Of a DNA stretch of 64,000 nucleotides, positions 12,725-24,570 are shown piece after piece (position 1 is the stretch's first letter; each line of letters opens with the position of its first letter). The stretch comes from Lingula anatina (Eukaryota; Animalia; Brachiopoda), in NCBI GenBank assembly GCA_051362555.1, contig CM120644.1:25008534-25072533 (forward strand), given 5' to 3'. Position numbers and translations under genes: made by a program. The notes below the pieces were generated by a model, which saw nothing but the letters and a program-made list of their open reading frames with translations, was not told the origin of the DNA and did not search any database.

Positions 12725-13506
12725 CGGGGTCCGCCATATAGATAAACGTCCCAATAAAATATTCGCCCCGATAGATACGTCTCTATACATACACGTCTCA
12801 ATAGATTTACGTCTCGTTAAATTTACGTTCCGATAGATCCACCAACAGATTCCTATAAACCCACGTATCTTTAGATCCAGGTACCGCTAGATCCATCTAT
12901 CTGACATCGTAATCGGCTAAAAGGCCCATATCAACTTGCGTTGTGAACTTTAGAACACATTTTTATGTTCTTTTTTGTTTTGTTTTGTTTAGAACACATT
13001 TACATGTAAATTCAGAACACTTTTTACGTGTTCGAATGTTGCATTTTGAGAACGCTTTAAACAGTGTTCTGACGCTAGAACAGTAATTAAGCGTTGTGAA
13101 ATATAGAACACACTTTTGTTCTTTTTATGTTCTTTCACTGAGTATTGTGTGAAAACGATCTAGTAGAATAACATATTGCTGACTGCGTACTGCCGTTTTA
13201 AAGAAGTGCATTTTATGTACTGAGTAGTATACCAACTATTTCGAGCAATAGTGTACCTGTAATGGATCTATCGGTATTTGGATCTAAAAATACGTGGATC
13301 TATAGGTATGCGGATTTAAAGGACGTGGGTTTATGAGGACGTCATATCTATAGGAACCCAAATATATAGGACAGCAGAAAAAAATCGGATCTATCGGTAT
13401 TTAAATCTAAAAAGACGTTTTTTCCGTTTTTCCTTTATGTATCTATCGGTAACGGGAGTATAGGGACGTGTAATATTTTGGGACTAAATTTTATCCGTAC
13501 GTACCC
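12725..13506. mobile_element. Foldback-like element with long degenerate subterminal inverted repeats
   Basis: Left arm has repeated 'atagat(cc/ac)' motifs (e.g. tagatccaggtaccgctagatccat), mirrored in the right arm by 'atggatctatcggtatttggatcta'. The centre has 'tagaacac' repeats. Boundaries approximate. Confidence 0.55.
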
Positions 13507-14731
13507 TAAAGGTCATATTGAACATGGTGACGCGGTGATACCGTATTCATGTTCTCTTGTTCTCGAAAACTAAATCATCGAAATTGAATTACTTTTTTTT
13601 TTAGTTGTATCTTAAATTAAGCTGCTACACTGTATTCCGTGCGTTTAAAATTTAACCGTCTGTAAAAACAGCAATAATGGATTACTAGCAACACTTACGT
13701 TACACAATGAAGCACCGAAAATGGGTGAAGAAAATGTGTCTCAGTAATGCGTGTTTGCCACTCATAATGCACTGTACTTTCTTTGAATAAGCAATAAACT
13801 ATTTGTGATCTTAGGTTATCCATTGTTCGTTATCATAGTTAACAGATTCTTTGTGTGATTTTTTTTTTCAGAATCCCAAGAGTGGATGCCTTAGTGAGCA
13901 CAGAACAGATATCACCATTGGTCCACATATGTCAGGAAGAATTTTATAATTATGAACTTTGTGTTACACTGAACTTCATTTTGTTAAATTTTGTATTTAA
14001 CTGAACTTGATTGGGTTAAAATAATAATAAAAAATAATAATTCAGATAAAAAACTACAATCTGGAACATTCTTTAGATCAACTTTGTTCAGTGTGTGTCC
14101 CATGTGACAGAGTTACAGTAAATAAAATATGTGCATTATTCCTCTGTGTTTGTCAATTCCATTTTAAAAGCATGTGAAAGTGGTGTGCCCCTCATGATTG
14201 AAGTGCGTATGGATAATAGCAAAAATATTGTTATTATTTACATGATTATAAAAAGTTTGTACCCGCGTCAATAACGTTACCGTGACCCACATATTCACCA
14301 TTTTTATTAATTATGAAATGTGGATTAAATTCTTCAAACCCAGTTTTGAAGCATTGAGACAACACCCCCTTATGATTTAAACTAAAACTGAAAACATTCC
14401 ATTAGACTTTCATTAGTTTGTGCAAAATGTATTACCCAGGGTAACACGTCTTGGATTTGGTGGGTATAGCTGTTCAACTCTCCTGTGTGCCCTAAAAAGG
14501 GCAGCTGCTGTTTCCCTTTTTATGAAATGATAAACTGTGATGGTGTAGCTATCACATCGCAAAATTACAGCTTCCGAGAGAAAGTTTGAAATTTTTGGTC
14601 AAATTCAACATTTTGTAACCACTAGCAAAGAATGACAGATAAATACTCCTAAAATGCTATGAAAAGTGAGTGGTGAAGAAATGAACTCCAGAACGGTGTT
14701 ACAATACAAGGCTTGATCTGGTATGTGTCAC

Positions 14732-14941
14732 CTTTTCTTTGCCATGTTGTTTCCGTTGTGTGCTTTTCCAAAGTACACCCAGACACCTCAACACCGTTTG
14801 TCACCAGGTCGTCTTCAGTGAAGACTTCTCCGAGCAGATTTCGACAAAGGCATGTTTTCCCTGTCCCCTGGAGACCAACCACTATAACATTGGCCCTGTA
14901 TACTTTCTGAGTCCCCTCCGCACATGCTACCTGATACATTT
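14732..14941 (-). CDS. Roco gene A exon: Roc P-loop and switch I (VIVVGLQGTGKTCL..NLLGE.F..TNGVEV)
   Basis: GxxGxGKT Walker A and TxGV switch I; tcaag acceptor and gtgaca donor. 210 nt, identical in length to 52108-52317. Confidence 0.92.
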
Positions 14942-15192
14942 CTTGATAAATATTAAAAAAGAGCATACATGTACGTGATAAAAAATATAAAAATGGCTTA
15001 CAACCCACAATGTTCACCAAAATATTATACTTAATCCATTTGCAGTAAGCGTTTTGATAAATAGGTTACAAATCACAGACTTCACAAAAAGCTTTCAACA
15101 ATATTATAAAAATAAAAATGTTCGAGTCCATTTTTATTCCCCTTTTTAATGCTTGATATATTTTAATATTGTCTATTTTCCTTAATACTTAC

Positions 15193-15201
15193 GCTTTTTC
15201 T
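15193..15201 (-). CDS. Putative 9-nt microexon of Roco gene A (AGAAAAAGC)
   Basis: tttttcag|AGAAAAAGC|gtaagtatt; symmetric phase 1, in frame with the P-loop exon. Confidence 0.65.
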
Positions 15202-15462
15202 CTGAAAAATAAAGATATTGTATTGATTTAAAATTATTACCCTTATCTAGGCATGGTGTTGAATCTGTAAATATTTAAGATATTGTTGCTCCAGCAGAAA
15301 AATCAATGATATTATGAAATTTAAGTTTGAATAAAATGACTCACAAGTCACACTACCACCCAAAGCTCACGAAATTATAATATTAAATTGTCCAGTTCTA
15401 AATAACTTTCAAAGGGGTTACATATGTATTAGTTATTGTATCCTAATTTATTCAATACTTAC

Positions 15463-15474
15463 CATTTAATTTCC
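15463..15474 (-). CDS. Putative 12-nt microexon of Roco gene A (GGAAATTAAATG)
   Basis: tttcttatag|GGAAATTAAATG|gtaagtatt; symmetric phase 1. Confidence 0.62.
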
Positions 15475-15978
15475 CTATAAGAAACATTTTGTAGAGAAAA
15501 CAATAATTTTATGCAATTATTTCATATAAATATAAATGTGTTAAGGTAAACAGTCAATAATAAACATGGATAAAATGCCTCACAGATCACAAATCTCACA
15601 ATAAGCACCAATAATTACATTAAAACGGCATACAGAGTGGTTTTAGTTGGATATTATTCACAAATAGCATCAAACACTTCAAATAAACAATATCTATTTC
15701 AGATTTTTAAATTAAAATTAAAATGTCTAACAGGCAAGTACGTAGAAAATTAAAATTAAAATTGAAATGAAACTATGCAATATTAGTGATTGGAAATGGT
15801 TTTAAATTGCATACACTAATTTCATGTAAATCTCTTTCTGAAATATGCAATATAAGGATATGGATAAAATGGCTCATAAATAGTACATCATAACGTTACA
15901 AAATTCACCTCCAGAAATATTCTTCTTACTTAAAGCATGATAGAACCTTTAATGCTTTTTTGATTCCTCAATACTTAC

Positions 15979-15987
15979 GTATCTTCT
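15979..15987 (-). CDS. Putative 9-nt microexon of Roco gene A (AGAAGATAC)
   Basis: tctttctttcag|AGAAGATAC|gtaagtatt; symmetric phase 1. Confidence 0.62.
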
Positions 15988-17599
15988 CTGAAAGAAAGAA
16001 AAATAATGAGGTATTAAATTAAAATTCCACTCAATGTTTACATATTTACATATTTTCTATCATTATCAGGACATGTTGTTTCATATTTTACATGTTATTT
16101 ACTATATAGTTGCTTCTGTAAAAGCCACCATAAAAAAATATGCATTTCAGAGTTTGAATAAAATTAAGAAGACAGATGTTCACCAGAAGTGTACACAGTT
16201 ATGTAATCGAAACATCCCAGTTCAAACTAACTTTTAAAAGGAAAAAGTATATGACATTTATTTTATGCATGTTTTTAAATACTTACTCAACTATTCATTT
16301 GACAGAAAATATATTACACAGATAAAATAATTGTATTACGGCCACATCATTCAAGCTACCATTCTAAAGTTATGAGGTTTAATTTCTCTAAACACCTAAG
16401 GTGTACTTCTACATGTGAAAGTCTTTGTGGGGTGCAATTTTGGTGTTAGGATAAATGGCTAATAAATAACAATTATTACCAAACACACACCCAATTATGT
16501 TTAATAGGTTTATTAAAAGGCTAATAAAAATAATATTTTATATCATGTTTCTTCAATAGTTATCTAATGATTCATCTGAAAGAAAATATATTGTTGGAAA
16601 AAACAACCATATTATTCATTGCCGCAAGTTGTCAGCCCAGGTATGAGTTTTAATATTTCATGCCATAATCGAAATATGAAACATTACAAATTGAATGATC
16701 GTTTTGAATTTTACAGTGTCCACTCAAAGAAAATATTCAATATTCGAGTTTGGATAAAATGACTCTCAGATCACAGATCAGTTCACAACAAAAAGTGTAC
16801 GCCATAAAATCAGTCTATTTAAATTTAGTTATTATTTTTCTTCTAAAACCTTGACAAATACTTAAGGTTTTCTGCTTTCCTTACTAACGGCTTTACAGAA
16901 AGAACCGCCAAACCCGTAGTCATAAAAAAATCTGATATTCCCATGCATATCACTAACCAAATGTTAATAAATCCCTACATGCCAGTTTCCTCAATCTAAA
17001 TATCTAAGGGTATATAACACAAATTATGGTGTAAAGATTAGAACCAACCATTCCCAGGGAGGGCTACACAAAAAATTCAAAGGGCCCGTGCACGTCCCTA
17101 ATGACAAGTTAAAATATAACCAACGTATCATGCTCTTCACTGTAATGAATAAGGGTGAATGGCAGCAACACATATACGAAATGTATTTTCAACCACCCCA
17201 AGGACGAAAACGTTGCACTTAAATTCTGAAGAGCTTTTGGATGTTTCAACTTCCTTAATCTACAGGTGCAAGGGAAGATAGCTGTAATTCCGATGTAAAA
17301 ATCACAACCGAACATCTCCGGTGACAACCAAAGCCCATGCACAGGTTAATTAACCCCTGACGTTTCAACTTCCTCACTCAATAGTCCTTTACAGTGTAAA
17401 TGAAATTTATTTTATTAAAGGGATAACAACTGTTCATTTCGGCCAAAAATTAATTTTCCTGGGGTAAACAGCAATTTCTCATTCTTACCAATGGTTATTG
17501 AATCTATTTCTACATTCAGATTTAGTCCCTTTTTTTTTCTAGAAAGTTTGCATTTTTGTTATAATCACTTAAGAGAAATATCTTAAGAGATTATTACAG

Positions 17600-18765
17600 A
17601 CTACAACCATTGTACCAGAGACACTTGATCCCTTTCAGTTTGCATATACACACAAAAGAAGCGTAGATGACGCTCTTAGTATGTGCATACACAGCATTTT
17701 AGAACATGATGATAAGTAAAACACATATGCAATATTTATTATACTATTTTATTATACCATTATTCGACAAAAACTTTATGCTTAGCTTTTAAACGAACTG
17801 AATTTTCCTTCATTTTTATGCAGTTGGGTTTTAGATTTTTTATTAGACAGGAGACAAGCTGTGAAAGTGGGTACGAGTATTTCTGATATTGTGGTTTTAA
17901 ATACAGGTGCGCCTCAGGGTTGTGTTCTGTCACCATGTCTGTACAGCTTGTTCAGGTATGATTGTGTTTTATCATATGAGAGTAATTGCATTGTGAAGTT
18001 TGCAGACGACATCACTTTATTTGGCTTAATAAGTGATAATGATGAGACCTGGTATAGAAACGATGTCAACTCAGTTGTACAATGGTGTAAAGACAACGTT
18101 TTTTACTGAATGTAAGGAAGACTAAGGAAATGATTGTTGACTTCAGAAATAATAGAAATGTGAAAGAGCCCATTCACATCAGTTGCACTGCAGTAAAGTA
18201 AGTAACCAATTTTAGACTACTGGGGGTAGAATTCAATAGCTCACTTACATGGAAGGACCACATAGACAAACAGTTAAAAAAAGCGAGGCAAAGGGTATAT
18301 TTTTAAGAAAGTTGAAGGATTTTACTTCAAATGAAATGATTTTAGCAAACTTTTACAAATGCGTTGTAGAAAGTATATTAACGTTTGCAATAAAAATATG
18401 GTATGGGCGGGCCACTTTAGAAGAACGCAAGCGTCACATCAACGTGCGGCAAAATCGTCGGTCTGGAACTCCCCTCTCTAGGTGCCATCTATACTAACAG
18501 ATCAGTAACAAAAACAGAGAAAATCACGTCTGACTATACCCACCCCGCACATGGGCTTTTAAATTTTTTACCAAGCAACTGCAGACTTTTAACTTTTATG
18601 GGACCTAAAAGGTTCTTAAAGAGTTTTTACCCATCTGCTGTGTCTTATTTTAACAACAAAAAATGGACATTATAATTTGTAACCCGAATAGCAGTCCAAT
18701 TTCCGTTTTATATGAATTTTTATATTTATATATTAATGGCTGAATAAACTCTTATCTTCTCATCT
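17600..18765 (+). mobile_element. 5'-truncated, decayed Rex1/Babar-type LINE (RT C-terminal half to 3' end)
   Basis: LDPFQFAY..RSVDDAL; NTGAPQGCVLSPCLYSLF.YDC..IVKFADD..W C..N; LNVRKTKEMIVDFR; FY.C.VESILTF.I..WYG; HPAH.LF. Ends with AATAAA and a short tail. Contains stops and frameshifts. Confidence 0.88.
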
Positions 18766-20019
18766 ATGGAGGTCACATTGGATGACAAGCACAGACTTTA
18801 GAATAATTGTTTTCATTTTTGGTGGTGAAATGGAATATATTATATTCCCTTGAGTTGTTTACAATGTTTTATTGTGAAATATAGATTTCAAAGGAAGGGT
18901 TGTTACCCTATCCGCCCCAGGCCTAATTAGATTCAGCGTACCTAATCAAGGTTGCTGATATAGGAAAATATCAATTGAAAAATTCTTAATGTCCAATGTA
19001 CTCCATTTTGAGATTCTAGACATTTTGAAGGAATCTGACAGACTGCAATGATACGAGTTTAATTAAATGTTTGACACTTTATTACACAATACACGAAAAC
19101 AGGTTTGCCATCATTTTTATGTAATAAACAAGCATTATTAGTACGATGCTGAACATGTCAAAATGACACTTTTCGGTTTTCAGTTAGTTCCATAATGAGA
19201 CGGATACTATGCCAGATAATAGAATCTGAGGAAAAAAAAAACATTTATATACAATAAAGGCATATCAAAACTGAATCGACCAAGACAGTTATTGAGCAGG
19301 AGCTGTATATTAACCCTATAAATGAAACCTTCAAGGGCTAAAGCAAAATATGACAAAATGTTTATATTATCTTTATAACGGTGGCTAGAATATACTAAAA
19401 AAGCAAAAAAAAAATTGCATAACCATGGAAAATATGACCCAATGAAGCTGACATTCAGCTTGATTTGTCTTTCTTTAACATTTATCACGCCTGTGATTTT
19501 CAAAGCAATAGGCCTATCGCAGCCTGGGAGCCACTAGTCTGACGCTATGTGGCTTTAATCATAAAGGGAGTTCTAGAATTTTGAATTGGGTACCTTTTTT
19601 TAGATTTGTGAGGGTGTCAGAAACAGTGGAATATCTTGGCTATTAAGGGAATAAGAGTTTTGTTATGCATACTGTCATTTTAAGAAATTAATTTTAAATG
19701 ATGTGAGACGTTCCTCGAGTTGATCTAAACCCTATTTTGTGCACAAAAGCGAATTTGAATTCGGGTCGGGTCAGAATTTTGAATTACCAGTAGATTGTGA
19801 CAGATTTCTTAAGCTTTCTGTCAATGTAATCTGGCCTCGTTTTGGTTCACCCTCGCACAATATTGTCTATATAGAGAAACGAAACTTGCAAGGAATAATT
19901 ATAATCATAATATATATATATATATTTTTTTTTTCTGAGATATCGAGAATGATTCCTGCTTCATGTTTTTTAAGTTTGTATATATTCTTTAGTTTTGTAC
20001 AGCTTCTCTGTATAATGAC

Positions 20020-21101
20020 TTCACTTCAGTGGTAACTGAGTACATCAAGTTTTGTGAAGAGATCTGCATTCCTTCTAGGACTATTAAGCAATACCCGAAC
20101 ACTAAACTGTGGGTTGACAAGAACATAAAGAATCTTATAAAAGCTAAAGACCAAGCGTACCGTGAGAAAGAAACAAATGTTGCAGCATATCGTAAAACAA
20201 AATTGGACCTAAAAATTGCCATCAAAAGAGCAAAGAAAAAGATTAATTCAAAAATTCCAGTCCAATAGTGCAAAGGATCTCTGGGACAATATCGCTCTTG
20301 TCACACAGTATAAAGGGACCAGACGTGCCGTTGATACAGAGGACTCCACACTCCCTAACAAGTTGAATGAGTTTTATTCTCGTTTTGATAGGACCAACCA
20401 CACCCAGGTCCACACACCAACCCTAGGGGAGCGCGTGCCGCCATTTACTATTCAATCATGGCAAGCCAAGTGTTATTTCTCGGCTTTAAACACCAGGAAA
20501 GCTCCAGGCCCTGATGGTATAACATCACGACTTTTGAAGGAATGCGCAGCCCAGCTTTCAGATGTGTTCGCGGAAATATTCAACTGGTCAATTGAAATGT
20601 GCAGAGTGCCTGAAATATGGAAGACAGCAACCATCATACCTGTGCCAAAAAGTAAAACTGTAGATAATTTATATGATCTCCGTCCTGTTGCTTTGACACC
20701 GGTGCCTATGAAGATATTCGAAAAACTTGTTGTCTTTTATTAAAACTTAAGTGCCAAATAGCTTTGATCCACTCCAATTTGCCTACCGCAGTAACAGAAG
20801 TGTAGACGATGCTCTTTCTATGTGTTTACACAAAGTTCTAGAACATCTCGATTGTAAAAATGCCTATGTTAGAATTTTATTTGTTGACTATAGCTTAGCA
20901 TTTAATATTATTGTACCAAGCAAATTGTATTTTAAACTTTTGGATGATCTTAATTTTCCACCAGCACTCTGCGATTGGATTTAAGATTTTCTTTTAAACA
21001 GAAAACAGTCAGTAAAAGTCGGTTTTAACTTCTCGGACACTATATAGTTTTAAACACTGGCACACCCAGGGCTGCGTCTTATCACCTTGTTTATATACGT
21101 T
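20020..21101 (+). mobile_element. Second decayed Rex1/Babar-type LINE fragment, cut at its 3' side by the Polinton terminus
   Basis: YIKFCEE..IP..TIK.YPN.K.W; KAPGPDGI..LLKECA.QL..FN.S..VP.WK..IIPVPK; LRPVALT; DPLQFAYR.NRSVDDA; PQGCVLSPCLYT, then an abrupt switch to AGTAGT. Confidence 0.9.
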
Positions 21102-21197
21102 AGTAGTTAGGAATGTGGTTTTCGACCTGCAAATTGAGAGGCGTTATATACTTTTTAATGTAATTTTTTTGGATGAACCTTGAACATTTTGAGGCGC

Positions 21198-21712
21198 AGT
21201 CTTAGTAAGCTGCTATTTTTAGCCACTGACTGGGTCCGATGTACAATTCTTGCTAAACGTAGCAAGAGCTGTACACAGGAGCTGTTTTTTAACTATTTAC
21301 TCTGATTGGAATTTTAATGACGACCATTTTATTATGTAAAACTTGTTGATATTATAATTTCATCTCGGACCTTTGTAAGCAAATTTTAATGACGATTATA
21401 AAAACTTGAAAACCCAAAGCAATGTTTACGAATTACTGCAATTTTTTAGTCTTAGTAAGCTGCTATTTTTAGCCACCGACTGGGTCCAATGTACAGTTTT
21501 TGCTATGTTTAGGAGCTGTTTTGGACCTGTTATGTAATTATGACGTAACAACACGTAATCAATCTGTCCATTTCAAATGGGGACCCCTGGGGACCTGTTA
21601 CGTAAGTATGACGTAACATCACGTAATCATTTTGTTCATTACCACCGGGAACCTGTTATGCAATTGTGACATAACAACACGTAAGACTAACTGTGACATA
21701 ACAACACCTAAG
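21198..21712. repeat. Polinton subterminal repeats
   Basis: 'agtcttagtaagctgctatttttagccac.gactgggtcc.atgtaca' x2 (~21198, ~21448); 'acctgtta.g.aa.t.tgac.taaca.cacgtaa' x3 plus a partial fourth (~21525-21712). Confidence 0.8.
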
Positions 21713-22726
21713 CCTATTGTTTTATGATCAATTAGTGGGTTACGTATCGTTTCAAACATCAACGAAACTACATATTGCATTAAAAAATTAACTGGCATCG
21801 CAACATCACGTAATTCCATTGTTTTTAGATTAATTAGAATGGCCTTTGGATGCAAGAGGATTGTTTTATGAATTAATTATTGTTTTAAAATCAATCGAAT
21901 GCAACAACAAAAGCAGAACAGTCTTTTTAATCAATTTATTTTTATCTTTGATCAAGACCACTTACTTGAATGTTATTTAATGTAGGGTGCGTCTTATCTT
22001 GACACAAGTGACACCTGTTGACACCATTTTATCCAGGAGGCGGCCATCTTGACCTTGGCACGTGATACACCAACTGACCTATGCTAAGAATTATGTAACA
22101 TTCAGCCCCCCTTTCCGTTGCGGTACTGCGCTCGACACAAAAGAACGCAAATAAAAATGTGTATTTAAAATTGCAGCATAAACAGTTAGAGTGCGTCGTT
22201 GCCATGGAACAGCGTTGTTTATTGCGTCCTACTGGGATTATAACTGGTACACAAGATCTATATATCAGTTCAAAGCAGGCACACGTTCGCCAAGGTAGAA
22301 TTAAAATGTTGTTTTACATTAATATCGTAACTGAGGACGGAAGAATGTTTTTTTTTACAATAAGCACGGAGGAGATAATGCTCCTCCTACTGATGGCGGA
22401 ATTAGAAGTTCCGTATGGGTCGGAGCGAAATCCAATTATTTTGGATTAACTGGTAAGTGTTACCTATGTATTCATGTTTTAACGTAATTAAACTTGATTT
22501 AATTTAAACAATATTCGCGTGATTTCTTCAACGAGGTCTATAAAACTCATCCCAGCAGACAAATAAAACATGTCAAGTGAGTATACATATATCGTTGAAC
22601 TTAACGTTTGTTGATTTTTCTAAAATTATTTTTGAGATTATTTATCTATTTATTTTTTAGCTGAAGATTTTCATCCTCAAACCTGTACGTTGTGTATTGT
22701 ACGTTGGCGGGAGCAATTACCAAACT

Positions 22727-22745
22727 GACCACTGCAGGGGAACAC

Positions 22746-22777
<32 letters not shown>

Positions 22778-22840
22778 TAACCAAAATGACCGCTGCAGGG
22801 GAACACAGAGCACAGAGAGAGAGAGAGAGAGAAAGAGAGA
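22727..22840. repeat. ~60-bp duplication containing an (AG)n microsatellite, inside the Polinton
   Basis: 'tgacc.ctgcaggggaacacagagcac(ag)n' occurs twice. Confidence 0.85.
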
Positions 22841-23222
22841 AACATATGAACTGATACCCTCTGCCACGGTCGCAGATGATTTTTTCACAAGTCAATGTGT
22901 TTATATAAATGCATGAGACAACACAAAAACTCTGGACTGAGTTTATTATAATTAATTATAAATAATTACAGCAAACGTCAACGTCAGTATTAACAAATTG
23001 GTTTTCTCGGTGAAAAAATAAAACTTTATTAATCTAGATTTGAATCCGTGTCCATAGTTCATCTTCTTTTTTTTACCATTAATAACTCACGCCGAGATAC
23101 GAGGCGCCTTGGATTAACTATTAAATAAAATTTCAAATCAATAGAATTTCTAATTGATTATTTGCGGCATTTAATCTAAAAAAAAAACGCACACAGTAGC
23201 CGAATGTCTATTATTTCATGTT

Positions 23223-23984
23223 TTAGTCACTGTAAACTACGTCGTACGTTGATTGGAGTCTCGATTCCTCAGCTTGAGTGGTCCATGCCTCGTCTTCCGT
23301 GATCTCTCGGAGAAGCCCGTCTTTATCTTCTCCAACCCGTAATATGACGGCCATGACGTACGGATCGTTTTCTTCCTTCGTTTGGGCCTGGTAAAGGTCG
23401 TAGGCTTTGAGGATGTGACCTGCGCTGACGAGCTCCAACGCTTGGTCGAAGAAGCGAAAGGCAGACACCGCAAAGATCGGTTCCATACAAGCATGATGCT
23501 TTTGGCTGCCGTGATTTATGGCGCAGCCCTCGCATTCCTCAACGGACAGGTGTCGAATTTTTCTTTTCATAAAGTACACATATAACCGACGGACGACCGT
23601 CAGGCTGGCGTTGGTGTTGATTGAGGTTGGTTCCTTCGTCATTTTCTTTTGAACCTCTGCATCGATATCATTCATCACGGCGAAAAGCGGCATCCAGTCG
23701 TTGATGGTGAGTTCAACGAATGCGGAAGATTGGTAACTGAGTTTGCAGCTTGAACCACTCACCGATATTATATAGTCGTTTTGAATGGGAAGATTCAACG
23801 CTTCCCCAGCCAACATTGCGCGGTCAATTTCTGAGGCATTGGACCTCAACTCTGCCCACGCACCTGGGTTGAATCGGACTTTCTGCTTGTTTCTTTTATC
23901 GGTTAAAACTATCAGCATTTCAAACTTAAGGTTGAAGCACACCGTGGCGCAGAACGAATTTCCGAAGTTGAAGAATGTAGCCAT
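23223..23984 (-). CDS. Polinton accessory protein with a CxGCxxxHxSQxxHxC metal-binding-like motif
   Basis: Open frame from the ATG at 23984 (MATFFNFG), with TATATAA ~60 bp upstream. Motif ECEGCAINHGSQKHHACM is of a type recurrent in Polinton accessory ORFs (from memory, not searched). Confidence 0.75.
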   Translation of the reverse strand: MATFFNFGNSFCATVCFNLKFEMLIVLTDKRNKQKVRFNPGAWAELRSNASEIDRAMLAGEALNLPIQNDYIISVSGSSCKLSYQSSAFVELTINDWMPLFAVMNDIDAEVQKKMTKEPTSINTNASLTVVRRLYVYFMKRKIRHLSVEECEGCAINHGSQKHHACMEPIFAVSAFRFFDQALELVSAGHILKAYDLYQAQTKEENDPYVMAVILRVGEDKDGLLREITEDEAWTTQAEESRLQSTYDVVYSD

Positions 23985-24075
23985 TTTTCTGAGCTTCAAA
24001 GTTAGACGAAGATGTGGAGTGATACACGTCGTAAATGCGGTCAACTTATATAGACGGCAGCTCTGGCGTTTTTCC

Positions 24076-24490
24076 AAGAAATAACCCCCCTGGAGTGAAC
24101 TTTGTTTTCTTGTCTAATTTCGAGTTTGCGTTGTGTAAAGAAAAGTAAACATAGCCGCGTGAGAAATTAACCCCCGGAGAGGACGTTGTTTACTTGTCCG
24201 CTTTCGAGTCTACGTTTTGAAAAGAAAAGAAAACAAAGCTCAGCAAGAAAATATCCCCTGGAGAGAACTTTATTTACTTGTCCAATTTCGAGTATAGGTT
24301 GTGAAAGAAAAATAAACATAGTTGAGTGAGAAATTACCCCCTAGAGAGAACTTTATCAACTTGTCCGGTTTCGAGTTTACGTTGTGAAAAGAAAAGTAAA
24401 CATAACTGAGCAAGAAATTGTCACCCTGGAGAGACCGTTATTTACTTGTCCAATTTTGGGTTTACGTTGTGAAAAGAAAAGTAAACATAC
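24076..24490. repeat. Five ~84-bp tandem repeats between divergent Polinton promoters
   Basis: Units start at ~24076, 24160, 24245, 24328 and 24412. Consensus: (a/g)agaaat..cccc.ggagag.ac.tt.tttacttgtcc..tttcgagt.tacgttgtgaaaagaaaagtaaacata. Confidence 0.92.
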
Positions 24491-24570
24491 TTTGTGCAGC
24501 AGCTGAGTGAGTGCTGTCTATAAAAAAACCATCTCTCACAAACACCACATACACATCCAACCGGAGAGAC

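Noticed and set aside
15241-15264. 24-nt AG/GT-bounded candidate exon
   Set aside because: It would leave only a 39-bp intron to the next microexon, has a weaker donor, and is off the array periodicity.
17600-21101. The two Rex1 fragments as halves of one split element
   Set aside because: They overlap in the same RT region (DPxQFAY to PQGCVLSP) and differ in sequence, so they are independent copies.
24076-24490. CRISPR-like appearance of the regular repeats
   Set aside because: The units are similar along their whole length with no unique spacers, there are no cas genes, and the context is eukaryotic.
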